DNA from: Patescibacteria group bacterium
GTDB taxonomy: Bacteria; Patescibacteriota; Minisyncoccia; JACQLN01
Assembly: GCA_038065095.1 (NCBI GenBank)
Contig: JBBTRR010000006.1
Span: 20,713 to 84,712, forward strand
Length of the DNA stretch: 64,000 nucleotides
Reading direction: 5' to 3'
How positions within the stretch are numbered: position 1 is the stretch's first letter; each line of letters opens with the position of its first letter. Of the stretch, positions 28,911 to 38,817 are shown one piece after another. Both the position numbers and the translations under genes were made by a program. The notes beneath the pieces were generated by a model. That model did no database searches. It was not told the origin of the DNA and saw only the letters and a program-made list of their open reading frames with translations.

Positions 28911-30306
28911 AACCCGTATTGCTCCCAGCCCTACAGGCTATATGCACGTTGGTACAGCTCGTACCGCGCTTTTTAATTATTTATTCGCCAAACAAAATCA
29001 CGGCGAATTTTTATTACGTATAGAAGACACTGATACTGAAAGATCAAAAGAAGAATATGAAACCGATATTATAAACGGCTTAAAATGGCTGGGTTTAAAT
29101 TGGGACGGTGAAATAATAAGACAAAGCGAGAGACTTGGTCTCTATAAAAAATATCTAGTTCAATTACTTAATGAAAAGAAAGCATATTACTGCCCACATA
29201 TAAAAGAATACATTGAAAAAGAAAAAGAAAGTCAGCTAGAAAACAAACAAGTACTCTTTCATCGATGCACCGAAAGAGATAGTAACCTAAAAGTTGGTGA
29301 GATTATAAGGTTTAAAAACAGAGCCTTAAATAGTGTCTCAAATGAAGATTCACTGATTCGAACGTTTCAAGATAATATACGAGGTCAAATTGAATTTTTT
29401 CCAAAACTACTTGGAGATTTTTCCTTAGCTAAAAATCTAGACGCCCCGCTTTATAATTTCGCAGTTGTTATAGACGATCACGAAACCGAAATAACCCATG
29501 TAATACGTGGTGAAGATCATTTACCTAACACTCCTAAACAAATACTCATACAGGAAGCTCTTGGTTTTGAACAACCAGAATATGCTCATCTGCCCCTGAT
29601 ATTAGCCGCCGATCGATCAAAGCTTTCCAAACGCCACGGCGCTGTTTCAGTTAATGAATTTACTAAGCTGGGCTATTTGCCAGAAGCTATGAACAATTTT
29701 TTAGCCTTGATTGGTTGGCATCCTAAAGATGAAAAAGAAATTTTTAGTTTAGAAGAACTAGCCAAAGAATTTCAACTGGAAAGAGTTCAAAAAGCTGGTG
29801 CAATTTTTAATATAGAAAAACTAAATTCTATAAACAATCATTACATAAAAGAAATGGTGCCAGCGGAAATATCTAAATTAATAGCGCCATATTTAGATAT
29901 GTATAACCCAACCGAAGCTCAACTTATTAAAGTAGCTCACTTATTTAAAGACCGTTTAAATATATTTTCCGAAATAAAAGAATTAGCTGGTTTTATATTT
30001 GCCTTACCAATTTATGAAACAAAATTATTAAGCTGGAAAGAAGAACCAAAAGAAAAAATTAAGGAAAACTTACAAATAGTTTTATCTATACTAGAAAATA
30101 TACCAAAAAACTCATTCGATATAGACGCAACCACAACCGAACTTATGCCTAAAGCCAACGAAATAGGTCGAGGCGATTTATTATGGCCATTAAGAGTGGC
30201 GCTATCCGGTATAGCTAAATCACCAAGCCCGTTTGAGATTTTAGACGTTTTAGGCAAAAAAGAATCAATAAATAGGATTAAAAAAACTATAGAAAAATTA
30301 AAATGA
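28900..30306 (+). CDS. gltX: glutamyl-tRNA synthetase
   Basis: HIGH-class motifs PSPTGYMHVGTARTALFNY and KLSKR. Confidence 0.92.
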   Translation: MKVRTRIAPSPTGYMHVGTARTALFNYLFAKQNHGEFLLRIEDTDTERSKEEYETDIINGLKWLGLNWDGEIIRQSERLGLYKKYLVQLLNEKKAYYCPHIKEYIEKEKESQLENKQVLFHRCTERDSNLKVGEIIRFKNRALNSVSNEDSLIRTFQDNIRGQIEFFPKLLGDFSLAKNLDAPLYNFAVVIDDHETEITHVIRGEDHLPNTPKQILIQEALGFEQPEYAHLPLILAADRSKLSKRHGAVSVNEFTKLGYLPEAMNNFLALIGWHPKDEKEIFSLEELAKEFQLERVQKAGAIFNIEKLNSINNHYIKEMVPAEISKLIAPYLDMYNPTEAQLIKVAHLFKDRLNIFSEIKELAGFIFALPIYETKLLSWKEEPKEKIKENLQIVLSILENIPKNSFDIDATTTELMPKANEIGRGDLLWPLRVALSGIAKSPSPFEILDVLGKKESINRIKKTIEKLK

Positions 30307-31592
30307 GTTTTTCTTTTAAAAGATTTGGGATATTCTTTATTTTTTTGGCGTTGTTTTTTGCACCAACTTTTGCTTATGCCGATCAATTAGAAAATTTGAA
30401 AATTGAAAGAGAGGGTTTACAAAATAATATTTCCGAATTAGAAGCAAAAATAACCGAATATCAAAAAAATTTAGATTCTAAAAGGGGAGAGATAACTTCT
30501 TTAAAAAATGAAATTTCGGGTATAAATACTCAAATAAACAAACTTAATTTAGATATTAAAAAAACCGAAAGCCAAATCAGTTTAACGCGTATAGATATTC
30601 GAGAAACTCAAACCAATATTCAAGAAACAGAACTAAGTATAGAAGAAAAACAAGAAGTGCTTGGAAGCATACTAAGGGAACTTCGCAAATTTGATGACGA
30701 AAGCCTATTAGAAAGAGCTTTAAAATATAAAACACTAACGGAGGCTGTAAAACAAACTGAACAATTAGATTCTTTGCAAAATAAAATGAACGATGTGCTT
30801 AAAGACACTAGAAAACTAAAAAATAATCTAGAAAACAAAGAAGTGGATTTAAAAGAAAATAAAAAAGAATTAGAAAATAAAACCGCTCAACTTTCTGTTC
30901 AAAAATCGGCTCAACAAGAACAAAAAACAAGAAAGGACACCGTACTTAAAGTAACTAAGGGCCAAGAACAAATATACCAAACACTACTAAACCAAGTAGA
31001 ACAACAGCAAGCCGATCTTTTGTCGCGTTTAGCAAAAATTGAAAACGATATTTTAATTCAAAAAAACTTTGTCGGTTATTTTCAGGCAGGCACTATTCCT
31101 AAACCAGGAACTAAAATCTTTGCTTGGCCCGAAGATAATGCTCGAGTTACCCAAAACTATGGTATGACCAAATACGCTAAACGTGGAGCTTATGGTGGCC
31201 AAGGCCACAACGGTATAGATATTTCTGCAGGCTTAGCCAGCCCTATAAAAGCTGCGGCCGGTGGCAAAATTGTCGCCAAAGGTTTAGAATCTTGCCAAAA
31301 CTATATTCGCCCATCTTGTAATAGTTATTGGGGCAACTGGGTTGCAATTCAACACCCTGGAGGCTTAGTAACTTTGTATGCACATATGTCTAAAATCTCT
31401 ACAAAATCTGTTAACGATGAGGTTCAAACTGGCGATGTTATTGGCTACGAAGGTGCTAGCGGTAATGTTACTGGCCCTCATTTACACTTTTCTGTTTACA
31501 CAGAATTCTTTACTTATAATGATCCAAAAACAGGGGACTTACGAATAAGTTATGGCTATCTAAAAACTTTAAACCCATTGGATTATCTATAA
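30303..31592 (+). CDS. M23 peptidase with N-terminal coiled coil (EnvC-like)
   Basis: Signal peptide and long coiled coil. C-terminal HNGIDISA ... GPHLHFSV (HxxxD, HxH). Confidence 0.85.
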   Translation: MSFSFKRFGIFFIFLALFFAPTFAYADQLENLKIEREGLQNNISELEAKITEYQKNLDSKRGEITSLKNEISGINTQINKLNLDIKKTESQISLTRIDIRETQTNIQETELSIEEKQEVLGSILRELRKFDDESLLERALKYKTLTEAVKQTEQLDSLQNKMNDVLKDTRKLKNNLENKEVDLKENKKELENKTAQLSVQKSAQQEQKTRKDTVLKVTKGQEQIYQTLLNQVEQQQADLLSRLAKIENDILIQKNFVGYFQAGTIPKPGTKIFAWPEDNARVTQNYGMTKYAKRGAYGGQGHNGIDISAGLASPIKAAAGGKIVAKGLESCQNYIRPSCNSYWGNWVAIQHPGGLVTLYAHMSKISTKSVNDEVQTGDVIGYEGASGNVTGPHLHFSVYTEFFTYNDPKTGDLRISYGYLKTLNPLDYL

Positions 31593-31856
31593 ATATAAAA
31601 AGTAAATATTTTGCGATATACTACACCAAAAGAAAGGGGGAGATAAAAAAATCATTATTCCGAACAGCATCCCGCCAAAGGCGGGCAGGTATGGAGTTTG
31701 CCTGCCGTAGGCAGGAAGACCACTTATATAAATAAAGAGGCTCCATACCCGCTTCGCCAGAGCTTTAGCGAGGCGAGTCGTCTGTGAGGAATAATGTTTT
31801 TTTGCTATAGATTAGTGTCGCATAAGCTACATTGTGCGACAGTTAGTTATCCACAT

Positions 31857-32312
31857 TCACTCTAAGCCCGGGCAATTACCCGCAGGCCTAAACCCAGAAT
31901 TTTTAGCTTCTAATATAGATGCAAAATATATTTTATTTTCTTCTTTCATCTTTAGCGCGCCGGCACAATTTTCAAAGTGATAAATTTTACTTCCTTTATT
32001 CCCTACAATTTTTTGTGTGGGTAATACCATAGCCGCAACATCAGGGTCAGTCCCCTCTATTGTAGGTGGGGAGGGGCTAAATTCTTTAGTATTGATAGTT
32101 TTAACAACAGCTTTATCTTTAACAGAATTATCTGTAACAATTTTATTTAAATCAGCAGTATTTAAAAGCGTGCTTTTTATATTAAGCCCCACAGTTTTGT
32201 TTTCTGCGCTTAAACGACCCAAACCAAAACTAATAAGCCCAACCAACATAATAACTGTAATTAAAAATATTTCGTTCTGGTATAATTTTAATTTTTCAAT
32301 AATAGACTTCAT
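31857..32312 (-). CDS. membrane-anchored protein with C-terminal Ada-like zinc-binding domain
   Basis: N-terminal TM. C-terminus KIYHFENCAG...KIYFASILEAKNSGFRPAGNCP resembles Ada_Zn_binding FYYG..CRPSC...FFxSxxEAxxAGFRPCKRC. Confidence 0.55.
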   Translation of the reverse strand: MKSIIEKLKLYQNEIFLITVIMLVGLISFGLGRLSAENKTVGLNIKSTLLNTADLNKIVTDNSVKDKAVVKTINTKEFSPSPPTIEGTDPDVAAMVLPTQKIVGNKGSKIYHFENCAGALKMKEENKIYFASILEAKNSGFRPAGNCPGLE

Positions 32313-32346
32313 AATTCTATATAGAAAATTTATGGTTCGAAATAGC

Positions 32347-33996
32347 TCACCACAAGTAAATTTTAAAAATATCTATACCTTTATTGTTTTTTATAATTAT
32401 TGGGCTTATACCTTGTTTTAATAAATCTTTCTCTAAAACGGGCGACGCTGTTAAAGCACCAGACCTTAAAGGTAATTCGACAGTAGGTATTATTAAATAA
32501 TTATTTTTAAAAACATTTTTTTCGGGGAGGGTTAAATAATCCATACTCTTTATAACTGGCCAGCCGTGGTATATCTGGCGCCTATCTAATATCCAAAGTT
32601 GAGCTGTTTCATATATAGATTCATCGTATACTATTAATGCATTATAATTACTATCCCCTTTTTCTTTAGCCTGTTCCACACTCGCAGATTGAAAAGTTTC
32701 TATAAACTTATATCTGGAATCAAAAACATATTTAGGATATTTATTTTTTAATTCTTCGGAAAAGAATTTTTCTAATTCATTATAACCCCAATTATAATTT
32801 TCCTGCCTAACAGGGGAATAAGCCAATACTTCCCTACCCCATGGAAAATTTATTACATGGCTGTTTAACGAATAAAATAATTCAAAAATAATTACTGGAA
32901 CTAAAATATATTTATAATTAAATTTTGATATAAAATTACCTGCCGTTAAAACCATAGTCGGCGTTAACATAGTTAAGAACCGACGAGTTGGGCCAATTAA
33001 CAAAAACAACGAAACTTGAAACACTAACCAAATAAATAAAAACCTATTTTTAGACTTAATCCAAAAAATACTTATGGCAAATAACATAAGCAAGACATAA
33101 GAATTTGATTTTACTAAATTAGGTATAAAATCTTTAACTCTATCATCTAGCGAACCAATTTCTTCCTTGCCAGGAGCCTCCAGCCACTCTTTAGGGTGTT
33201 GATTAAGTATATAAGAAAGCTGAAAATCAAAATGTCCTACATTTTTATAAAGACCAATATTATAAATGATTACCGGGCTAAATATTATTAACCCCACTAA
33301 CACGCCCAGCCATAAATTTATATCCTTAAAATAACTTCGTTTATAGATTAAAAGATAAGTGAATATTATTGGCACTACTATAAAAGTTGTGTATTTGGTT
33401 AACCCGCCCAAACCGACAGCCATGCCCATTAAAATTAAGTATCGCGAATTTTCTAAAGACTTTAAAAATAAAAATAATGTTAAAAGTATAAAAAAGATTA
33501 CGTAAGATTCCTGTAAACCAACTCGAGAAATAAATACGTTGTTAACTGTAACCGCCATCAAAAAAGCTGATATTAACCCAGCTTTTTCATAGAAAAGCCT
33601 TCGACCTATTAAATAGATCAACCAGACTGATAAAACTCCCAATAATGTCGAAGGAAATCTAAAAGCAAAGTTATTTTCACCAAATAATTTTATAAATATA
33701 TGTTGAATCCAAAACACTAAAGGTGGATGATCGTGCCAAGATAATCTCGCCCAAAATGGTACTCTAGTCGAGCCGAACCCCTCGACTCCGCTCGGGGCAA
33801 GCCACTCCCAAGGCGTTGACTGCTTATTGGCTACATCAAAATCCATTGGGCCGACAGCACGAAAAGCATAAAGCATCTCGTCGCCCAGCGGATCACCGCT
33901 AGATAAGTTAATAAAGCGCAACAAAGCTGCTAGAACCAAAATAAAAACTAAAATCTTTTTATTCTTAACCATAGAACTTTTATAAAACTCTCCCAA
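32347..33996 (-). CDS. GT-C family glycosyltransferase (PMT_2/ArnT-like)
   Basis: About 11 TM helices. DE motif in the first loop (GDPLGDEMLYAFRA). C-terminal soluble domain. Start possibly at 33972. Confidence 0.75.
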   Translation of the reverse strand: MGEFYKSSMVKNKKILVFILVLAALLRFINLSSGDPLGDEMLYAFRAVGPMDFDVANKQSTPWEWLAPSGVEGFGSTRVPFWARLSWHDHPPLVFWIQHIFIKLFGENNFAFRFPSTLLGVLSVWLIYLIGRRLFYEKAGLISAFLMAVTVNNVFISRVGLQESYVIFFILLTLFLFLKSLENSRYLILMGMAVGLGGLTKYTTFIVVPIIFTYLLIYKRSYFKDINLWLGVLVGLIIFSPVIIYNIGLYKNVGHFDFQLSYILNQHPKEWLEAPGKEEIGSLDDRVKDFIPNLVKSNSYVLLMLFAISIFWIKSKNRFLFIWLVFQVSLFLLIGPTRRFLTMLTPTMVLTAGNFISKFNYKYILVPVIIFELFYSLNSHVINFPWGREVLAYSPVRQENYNWGYNELEKFFSEELKNKYPKYVFDSRYKFIETFQSASVEQAKEKGDSNYNALIVYDESIYETAQLWILDRRQIYHGWPVIKSMDYLTLPEKNVFKNNYLIIPTVELPLRSGALTASPVLEKDLLKQGISPIIIKNNKGIDIFKIYLW

Positions 33997-34655
33997 ATTA
34001 TACCTAGGTTAAATTTGGATTTACCCGTTTTTCTTTCGGTAAAAATTATAGGTGTTTCGCAAATTTTATAACCCAATTTTTGAGCCTTATATGTTGTTTC
34101 AATTTGAAAGTTGTAACCAGTAGAACTTAACGAATCTAAATTTATTTTTTCTAACACTCCCCTTTTCCAACATTTAAAACCGCCAGTTAAATCTTTGTAA
34201 GGTAAACTCAAAATAAGCTGAGCATAAATATTACCAAACCTACTTACCATTTTTCTTATAACATCCCAATTTTCCGTGCCCCCACCTTTAATATACCTAG
34301 AACCTAAAACCAAGTCCCATTCCCCTATTTTGTGTAAAAAATCTAATATGTTTTTAGGATTATGCGATAGATCGGCGTCCATCTGTATAATATAGTCTGG
34401 CTTATCTTGAGCCGATAAAATTAATTTAAAGGCCGAAACATAGGCTTTGCCTAAACCTTCTTTCTTAGCTCGGCTTAATAATTTAATTGGATATTTTAGA
34501 GATAACTCCTTTACCACTTCGGCTGTGCCATCGGGCGAGTTATCATCTACAACCAAAACTTCTAGGTCGTTTAGGCCTAGTGCGAATATCTTTTCTATGA
34601 CTTCTATAATATTAGATCTTTCGTTATAAGTAGGTATAACTACTACTGCTTTCAT
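33948..34655 (-). CDS. GT2 polyprenyl-phosphate glycosyltransferase (Dpm1/GtrB-like)
   Basis: VVIPTYNE ... VLVVDDNSPDGT ... DADLSH motifs. Overlaps the downstream GT-C gene. Confidence 0.85.
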   Translation of the reverse strand: MKAVVVIPTYNERSNIIEVIEKIFALGLNDLEVLVVDDNSPDGTAEVVKELSLKYPIKLLSRAKKEGLGKAYVSAFKLILSAQDKPDYIIQMDADLSHNPKNILDFLHKIGEWDLVLGSRYIKGGGTENWDVIRKMVSRFGNIYAQLILSLPYKDLTGGFKCWKRGVLEKINLDSLSSTGYNFQIETTYKAQKLGYKICETPIIFTERKTGKSKFNLGIIWESFIKVLWLRIKRF

Positions 34656-34678
34656 TATTTATACACGATTTATATATT

Positions 34679-34706
34679 CCACACTTGGGAGCGAAGCTCC
34701 CAAGTG
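34679..34706. terminator. hairpin between the GT2 and cupin genes
   Basis: cacttgggagc-gaa-gctcccaagtg perfect stem with TTTTATATTT on the plus side. Confidence 0.5.
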
Positions 34707-34714
34707 TTTTATAT

Positions 34715-35110
34715 TTATTCTGTCGTTTTGCCATCATATTCTTCGTCATCGGCCATAGCTTCTTCTTTGGTTTTATGCACTAAACCATCTATATGATTCG
34801 GCGGAGAATAAACTGTATAAAGCTTTAACGGCTTATCATCAGATGTATTAATTATGTTGTGATTTGCACCAGCTGGCACAACTATAGCAAATCCATCCGA
34901 TATTAAATGTTCTACTCCATCTAAAATAGCCTTGCCTTCCCCTTGTTCACAACGAATAAATTGGTCTAAGTGATGAACCTCGGCACCAATATCTTCACCT
35001 GGTTTTAAACTCATTAATACAAGCTGACTATTTTTACTAGTATATAAAACATGTCTAAAATTTTCGTTGTTTATAGACTCTTGTTCTATATTGTTTACAT
35101 ATCCTTTCAT
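34715..35110 (-). CDS. cupin domain protein
   Basis: GEDIGAEVHHLDQFI...GFAIVVPAGANHNIIN cupin_2 motifs. Confidence 0.7.
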   Translation of the reverse strand: MKGYVNNIEQESINNENFRHVLYTSKNSQLVLMSLKPGEDIGAEVHHLDQFIRCEQGEGKAILDGVEHLISDGFAIVVPAGANHNIINTSDDKPLKLYTVYSPPNHIDGLVHKTKEEAMADDEEYDGKTTE

Positions 35111-35217
35111 GTTTAAATTAATTTAATTAATAATAGATCAACAGCTATAATAACAAACAATAACAAAAACAGCCATATTAAGAGGCTGTTTTTGTTCGGT
35201 AAAAGTAATTACAAAAA

Positions 35218-35466
35218 TTAAGAAAGATGTTTAGAAACCAGCTTTGTCATTTCGAACATGCTAACAGTAGCTTTGCCACCAAATACTTTCTTAAGGTTGG
35301 CATCGGCGTTTATATTGCGCTTGTTAGTAGGATCTTGAAGATTGTTCTTCTTGATGTAGACCCAGAGTTTTTTAACAACTTCCGAACGAGGCATAGGCCC
35401 CTTACCAACGACTTCAGCCAACTCGGAGCTGATATTCATTGGTTTCATAAATGCAGTGTTTGCCAT
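35218..35466 (-). CDS. SWIB/MDM2 domain protein
   Basis: PMPRSEVVKKLWVYIKKNNLQDPTNKRNINADANLKKVFG is the classic SWIB signature. 82 aa standalone. Confidence 0.8.
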   Translation of the reverse strand: MANTAFMKPMNISSELAEVVGKGPMPRSEVVKKLWVYIKKNNLQDPTNKRNINADANLKKVFGGKATVSMFEMTKLVSKHLS

Positions 35467-35603
35467 ATGTTTTTATTTTATTGATTAAGCTTTTACTAAT
35501 GGTATCTTAATTTCTGAAAAATGCAAGCGCTTAGGTTAGTTTAGCCATTAATTGAATCTTTATCGAGCTTGGTTCGATTTCACTTCGATAATTAAAATAT
35601 AAA

Positions 35604-35888
35604 TTAAATGCGCTTTTCTGTTTTAAGATAAACTTCAGATCTGTGTTTAATGGCGAATACTTTTACCTTATTTCCTTCAACTCTAAAAATAATCCTGTAG
35701 TCTCCCACCCGTAATTTGCGATAATTCTTGAGTGAACGGCGGAGCGGTTTACCGTAAACTTCTGGTTTTGTTATTAGTTTTGTTATTAGTTTTGTTTCAA
35801 TGGCTCGCTTTATATTCTTTTTCCACACAGCCGATAATTTTGGAATATCGTCCTGCACCACCAAATAATGATAAAATATTTCAAACAT
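35604..35888 (-). CDS. RelE/ParE family toxin
   Basis: C-terminal YRIIFRVEGNKVKVFAIKHR. ATG at 35888 overlaps the antitoxin stop by 1 nt (TAATG). Contains the LITKLITK tandem repeat. Confidence 0.75.
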   Translation of the reverse strand: MFEIFYHYLVVQDDIPKLSAVWKKNIKRAIETKLITKLITKPEVYGKPLRRSLKNYRKLRVGDYRIIFRVEGNKVKVFAIKHRSEVYLKTEKRI

Positions 35889-36109
35889 TATTTCCAAGCC
35901 TTGGCATGAGAAACAAACTGAGTTTGTTTTTTATCCCGTTTTTCGGCAATTTCATTCCAAAACAAATCTTCCTCAACCTCTAAAGCAACTTCAAGTAATC
36001 GAACTGCTTTAGTAGCTTCAGGCATACGATCGCGTTTGGCCAGCTTTTGAAGCGCTTCCTTTACTTCATCGGGTAAACTTATATTGATTCTAGACTTTAA
36101 AGTAGGCAT
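35888..36109 (-). CDS. ribbon-helix-helix antitoxin (CopG/RelB-like)
   Basis: RINISLPDEVKEALQKLAKRDRM beta-strand plus helix. Immediately upstream of the toxin. Confidence 0.7.
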   Translation of the reverse strand: MPTLKSRINISLPDEVKEALQKLAKRDRMPEATKAVRLLEVALEVEEDLFWNEIAEKRDKKQTQFVSHAKAWK

Positions 36110-36201
36110 GCGCTAAGTGTACCAAAAGTGTATCACTCAAGTCAACAAACTAAAATTCTATCTTGGGCTTCGCCCCAAAAAACTTTTCGGCGGACGGATT
36201 T

Positions 36202-36519
36202 TTAGAAAAGTTGAAAATAATGACCCATGAAAAATAATGTGAGAATAACGGTACCGAGCACCGTAGATATAAAAAGAAAACCGAGTGTTTTCTTGAGACG
36301 ATCATCGCTATATTTATGGTGCGACAAATATAATACTATGGTGGCAATCACATACAACAATACAGAAAAAATACTTTTAGATGTCCAATGATGACCGAAA
36401 AAGTCTTTAAGCCAATCTTTCAACGGCGCGGATAGTTCTGCCCCGACAGTAATAACCACGACAAAAATGATTGCAATAATTGCCGCGTATGCCGAGGAAA
36501 TGATTAATTTTGGTTTATC
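36202..36519 (-). CDS. hypothetical membrane protein
   Basis: Three TM helices. Start moved to MDKPKL, 11 nt downstream of the preceding gene. GC-richer block. Confidence 0.45.
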   Translation of the reverse strand, partial: DKPKLIISSAYAAIIAIIFVVVITVGAELSAPLKDWLKDFFGHHWTSKSIFSVLLYVIATIVLYLSHHKYSDDRLKKTLGFLFISTVLGTVILTLFFMGHYFQLF

Positions 36520-36530
36520 CATAAGATATA

Positions 36531-37013
36531 TCAGTTGATTGCACCCCAGCGAACCGTGGCAGAAATTATGAACCCCATCACGCCGATGAGAAGCCCAATC
36601 ACAGCAACAGCACCAGAAAGCCACAAGGCAAGTCGACGAAGTTTAAGCCGATCCATCTCCTCTTTCGGAAGCAAGGTGATGAAAAATACGGTCATCGCAA
36701 GCGGGATAACAAATAGGAAAATATGCTCCTTAGTTTCCATGATAATATTGTGTACCCACGGCGCAACACCACTTTTGATTACCGGCTTCACAAGCGTCCC
36801 ATAGTAAGCGACATAGTAGTAACCGCCAGCAAGCCAGCTTGCAATAAAAGCGACAGTACCTATTGCCGCAGTGATAACCATACTCCTCTGCGAGTTCCCA
36901 TCGCCTTTTAATTTTCCCAACAGCCACAAGAACGCGTCAATACCAATAATACCAAAGCCAAGGTGAAGGCCGATAAGAACAGGTTTACTTTGTAGTATAG
37001 CGACAATATCCAT
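36531..37013 (-). CDS. hypothetical membrane protein
   Basis: Four or five TM helices. No motif recognised. Confidence 0.45.
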   Translation of the reverse strand: MDIVAILQSKPVLIGLHLGFGIIGIDAFLWLLGKLKGDGNSQRSMVITAAIGTVAFIASWLAGGYYYVAYYGTLVKPVIKSGVAPWVHNIIMETKEHIFLFVIPLAMTVFFITLLPKEEMDRLKLRRLALWLSGAVAVIGLLIGVMGFIISATVRWGAIN

Positions 37014-37065
37014 AGGATAATTTTATCACTAAAATACACTTTGGGACAAAAACTAAAACCAAGTG

Positions 37066-37317
37066 TTAACTTAAATCTTCTTTTCTCTCCTCAAATTCTT
37101 TTTTGTCAATTTCACCTTTAGCGTAACGTTCTTTTAAGATTTCAAGCGGAGACTTATCTTTTCCGTGCGTGTTATCGCCATGATCGTGTCCACACATATG
37201 ACCCCTCCCAAAACTACCTCTTATTAAAGCGATAATCGCCCAAATTATAAGGCCCCAAAAGACCACCATAAAAATCCAGCCGAACCCGCCAAAGGGCGTA
37301 AATCCAAAATTCATCAT
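37066..37317 (-). CDS. SHOCT domain membrane protein
   Basis: N-terminal TM. His-rich [14 protein letters not shown]-terminal [31 protein letters not shown]. Confidence 0.7.
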   Translation of the reverse strand: MMNFGFTPFGGFGWIFMVVFWGLIIWAIIALIRGSFGRGHMCGHDHGDNTHGKDKSPLEILKERYAKGEIDKKEFEERKEDLS

Positions 37318-37396
37318 AGAATTGTTTCCTTGATTAAGTCCTTGTGGGAGACGACCACCCTCCCATCATCATTTGCATCAATTGGAGGGTCATAAG

Positions 37397-37780
37397 CTAT
37401 TTCGCGTTATTAATAATGTTTTGAATGATTTGATCAATTTCTTTTGGTCGCTCGCCCAGATCGGCTTGCGGGAAAAACTGCGACAGGACAATCGGGCGCA
37501 TGCCGGAAATGAAAGTTTGCCGATCTTTAGTATAAACATTTATTTTGCAAGGTAAACAAAGTCCGATTTTAATATCCTTATTCAGAAACTCATTGGCAAA
37601 CTTTGCGTTGCAAAATTCAATAATCTTAAACGGTTCTCGTTTAAAACCCTTCTCGACTAAAGTTTCTTGTACATTATGAATATATAAAACCCGCATACCA
37701 GCTTTAGCAATTTCGCCTTGCACGCTTAAAACCGCCTCATCAAAAGTTTTTGCTGTTGTTATTGTGTAATCAAATTCCAT
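37397..37780 (-). CDS. DUF302 domain protein
   Basis: FDEAVLSVQGEIAKAGMRVL...FKIIEFCNAKFANEFL...IGLCLPCKINVY matches the DUF302 pattern. Confidence 0.7.
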   Translation of the reverse strand: MEFDYTITTAKTFDEAVLSVQGEIAKAGMRVLYIHNVQETLVEKGFKREPFKIIEFCNAKFANEFLNKDIKIGLCLPCKINVYTKDRQTFISGMRPIVLSQFFPQADLGERPKEIDQIIQNIINNAK

Positions 37781-37798
37781 ATCTTCAAATTTTAATTC

Positions 37799-38422
37799 TT
37801 AATTTCTTTTGAAAATGCTAAACAGAAAACTTTGCTTTGTGTTAAATGGCGTAGTATGTATTTCTTCAAAACTCCGTACATGACTAAAGTCTTTCTCAAA
37901 AGTTCTTGTTATTGAATCCTCGGAATACTGCGTAATGTCCAGCCCACTGCATTTTTTGGGCCCGTTCATGGAAAAAGTTGATATAATGAGGTATCCATTT
38001 GGCTTTATAAATTTGCCTGCACTTTCAACATAATGAGTAATATCATCCTCTTTAGTTAAAAAATGGAACGCGGCTCTATCGTGCCAAACATCAAAACGAG
38101 ATTCCGTGTCAAATTCCAAAACATCCGTCTCAATCCAAGTGACTGATCTCGCCTTTCCTGCAAGCCTTGTTTTTGCTTTTTGCAGAGCTTTGGCTGAAAT
38201 ATCCAACACGGATATATTTTTGAAACCAAGCTCTAAAAATTTATCAACGAGATTGGAATCTCCGCCACCAATATCAATGATAGCGTTACTCTTTTCCACT
38301 CCGGTTGATAGAACAAGATCAATTGAAGTCTCTGGAGTGTCTTGATACCAGCTTACATCATGTACCATATCCTTCGTTTGGTATATTTCCTCCCAGTGTT
38401 TTTTTGTTGAATTACTGCTCAT
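37799..38422 (-). CDS. class I SAM-dependent methyltransferase
   Basis: WEEIYQ...SWYQ N-terminus and motif I IIDIGGGDSNLV. Confidence 0.65.
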   Translation of the reverse strand: MSSNSTKKHWEEIYQTKDMVHDVSWYQDTPETSIDLVLSTGVEKSNAIIDIGGGDSNLVDKFLELGFKNISVLDISAKALQKAKTRLAGKARSVTWIETDVLEFDTESRFDVWHDRAAFHFLTKEDDITHYVESAGKFIKPNGYLIISTFSMNGPKKCSGLDITQYSEDSITRTFEKDFSHVRSFEEIHTTPFNTKQSFLFSIFKRN

Positions 38423-38497
38423 ATTAAAATTTTTCTAATAGTGAACCTATCGAAGTCTCACTTCAATATATTATGAAGTATTCCTATTTTTTGTAAA

Positions 38498-38587
38498 TGG
38501 CGGAGGAGGTGGGATTTGAACCCACGATACCGGTAAAGGTATGCCGCCTTTCCAAGGCGGTGCACTAGGCCACTATGCGACTCCTCC
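38498..38587 (-). tRNA. tRNA-Ser(GGA), CCA encoded
   Basis: Minus-strand sequence ggaggagtcgcatagtggcctagtgcaccgccTTGGAAAggcgg...gtgggttcaaatcccacctcctccgcca. Long variable arm. Anticodon GGA. Confidence 0.85.
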
Positions 38588-38817
38588 TATTTTTTTATTA
38601 ACTCAACAAAACCTCTGTTTGATATTCCTGACTGGGACAAAATATGTTTTATCACTTTTCTTGTTAAATCACCAGCGTGCATTGCCACAGTTGTACTTTT
38701 ATTTGTTAGCGGATGATGCAATCTAATATGACTACCTTTTTGACGAATAATTTTAAGTCCTGCTTTAAGCAGGACTATTACCATTTCCCGAGCGCTAACT
38801 ATTGGAATAATGCTCAT
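38587..38817 (-). CDS. hicA: HicA toxin (mRNA interferase)
   Basis: LLKAGLKIIRQKGSHIRLHHP...TTVAMHAGDLTRKVIKHILSQSGI fits the HicA pattern. Its stop abuts the tRNA-Ser 5' end. Confidence 0.75.
   Translation of the reverse strand: MSIIPIVSAREMVIVLLKAGLKIIRQKGSHIRLHHPLTNKSTTVAMHAGDLTRKVIKHILSQSGISNRGFVELIKK

Noticed and set aside
35227-35484. Plus-strand 85-aa ORF opposite the SWIB gene
   Set aside because: The SWIB reading frame has a clear conserved domain signature. The antisense ORF is a shadow.
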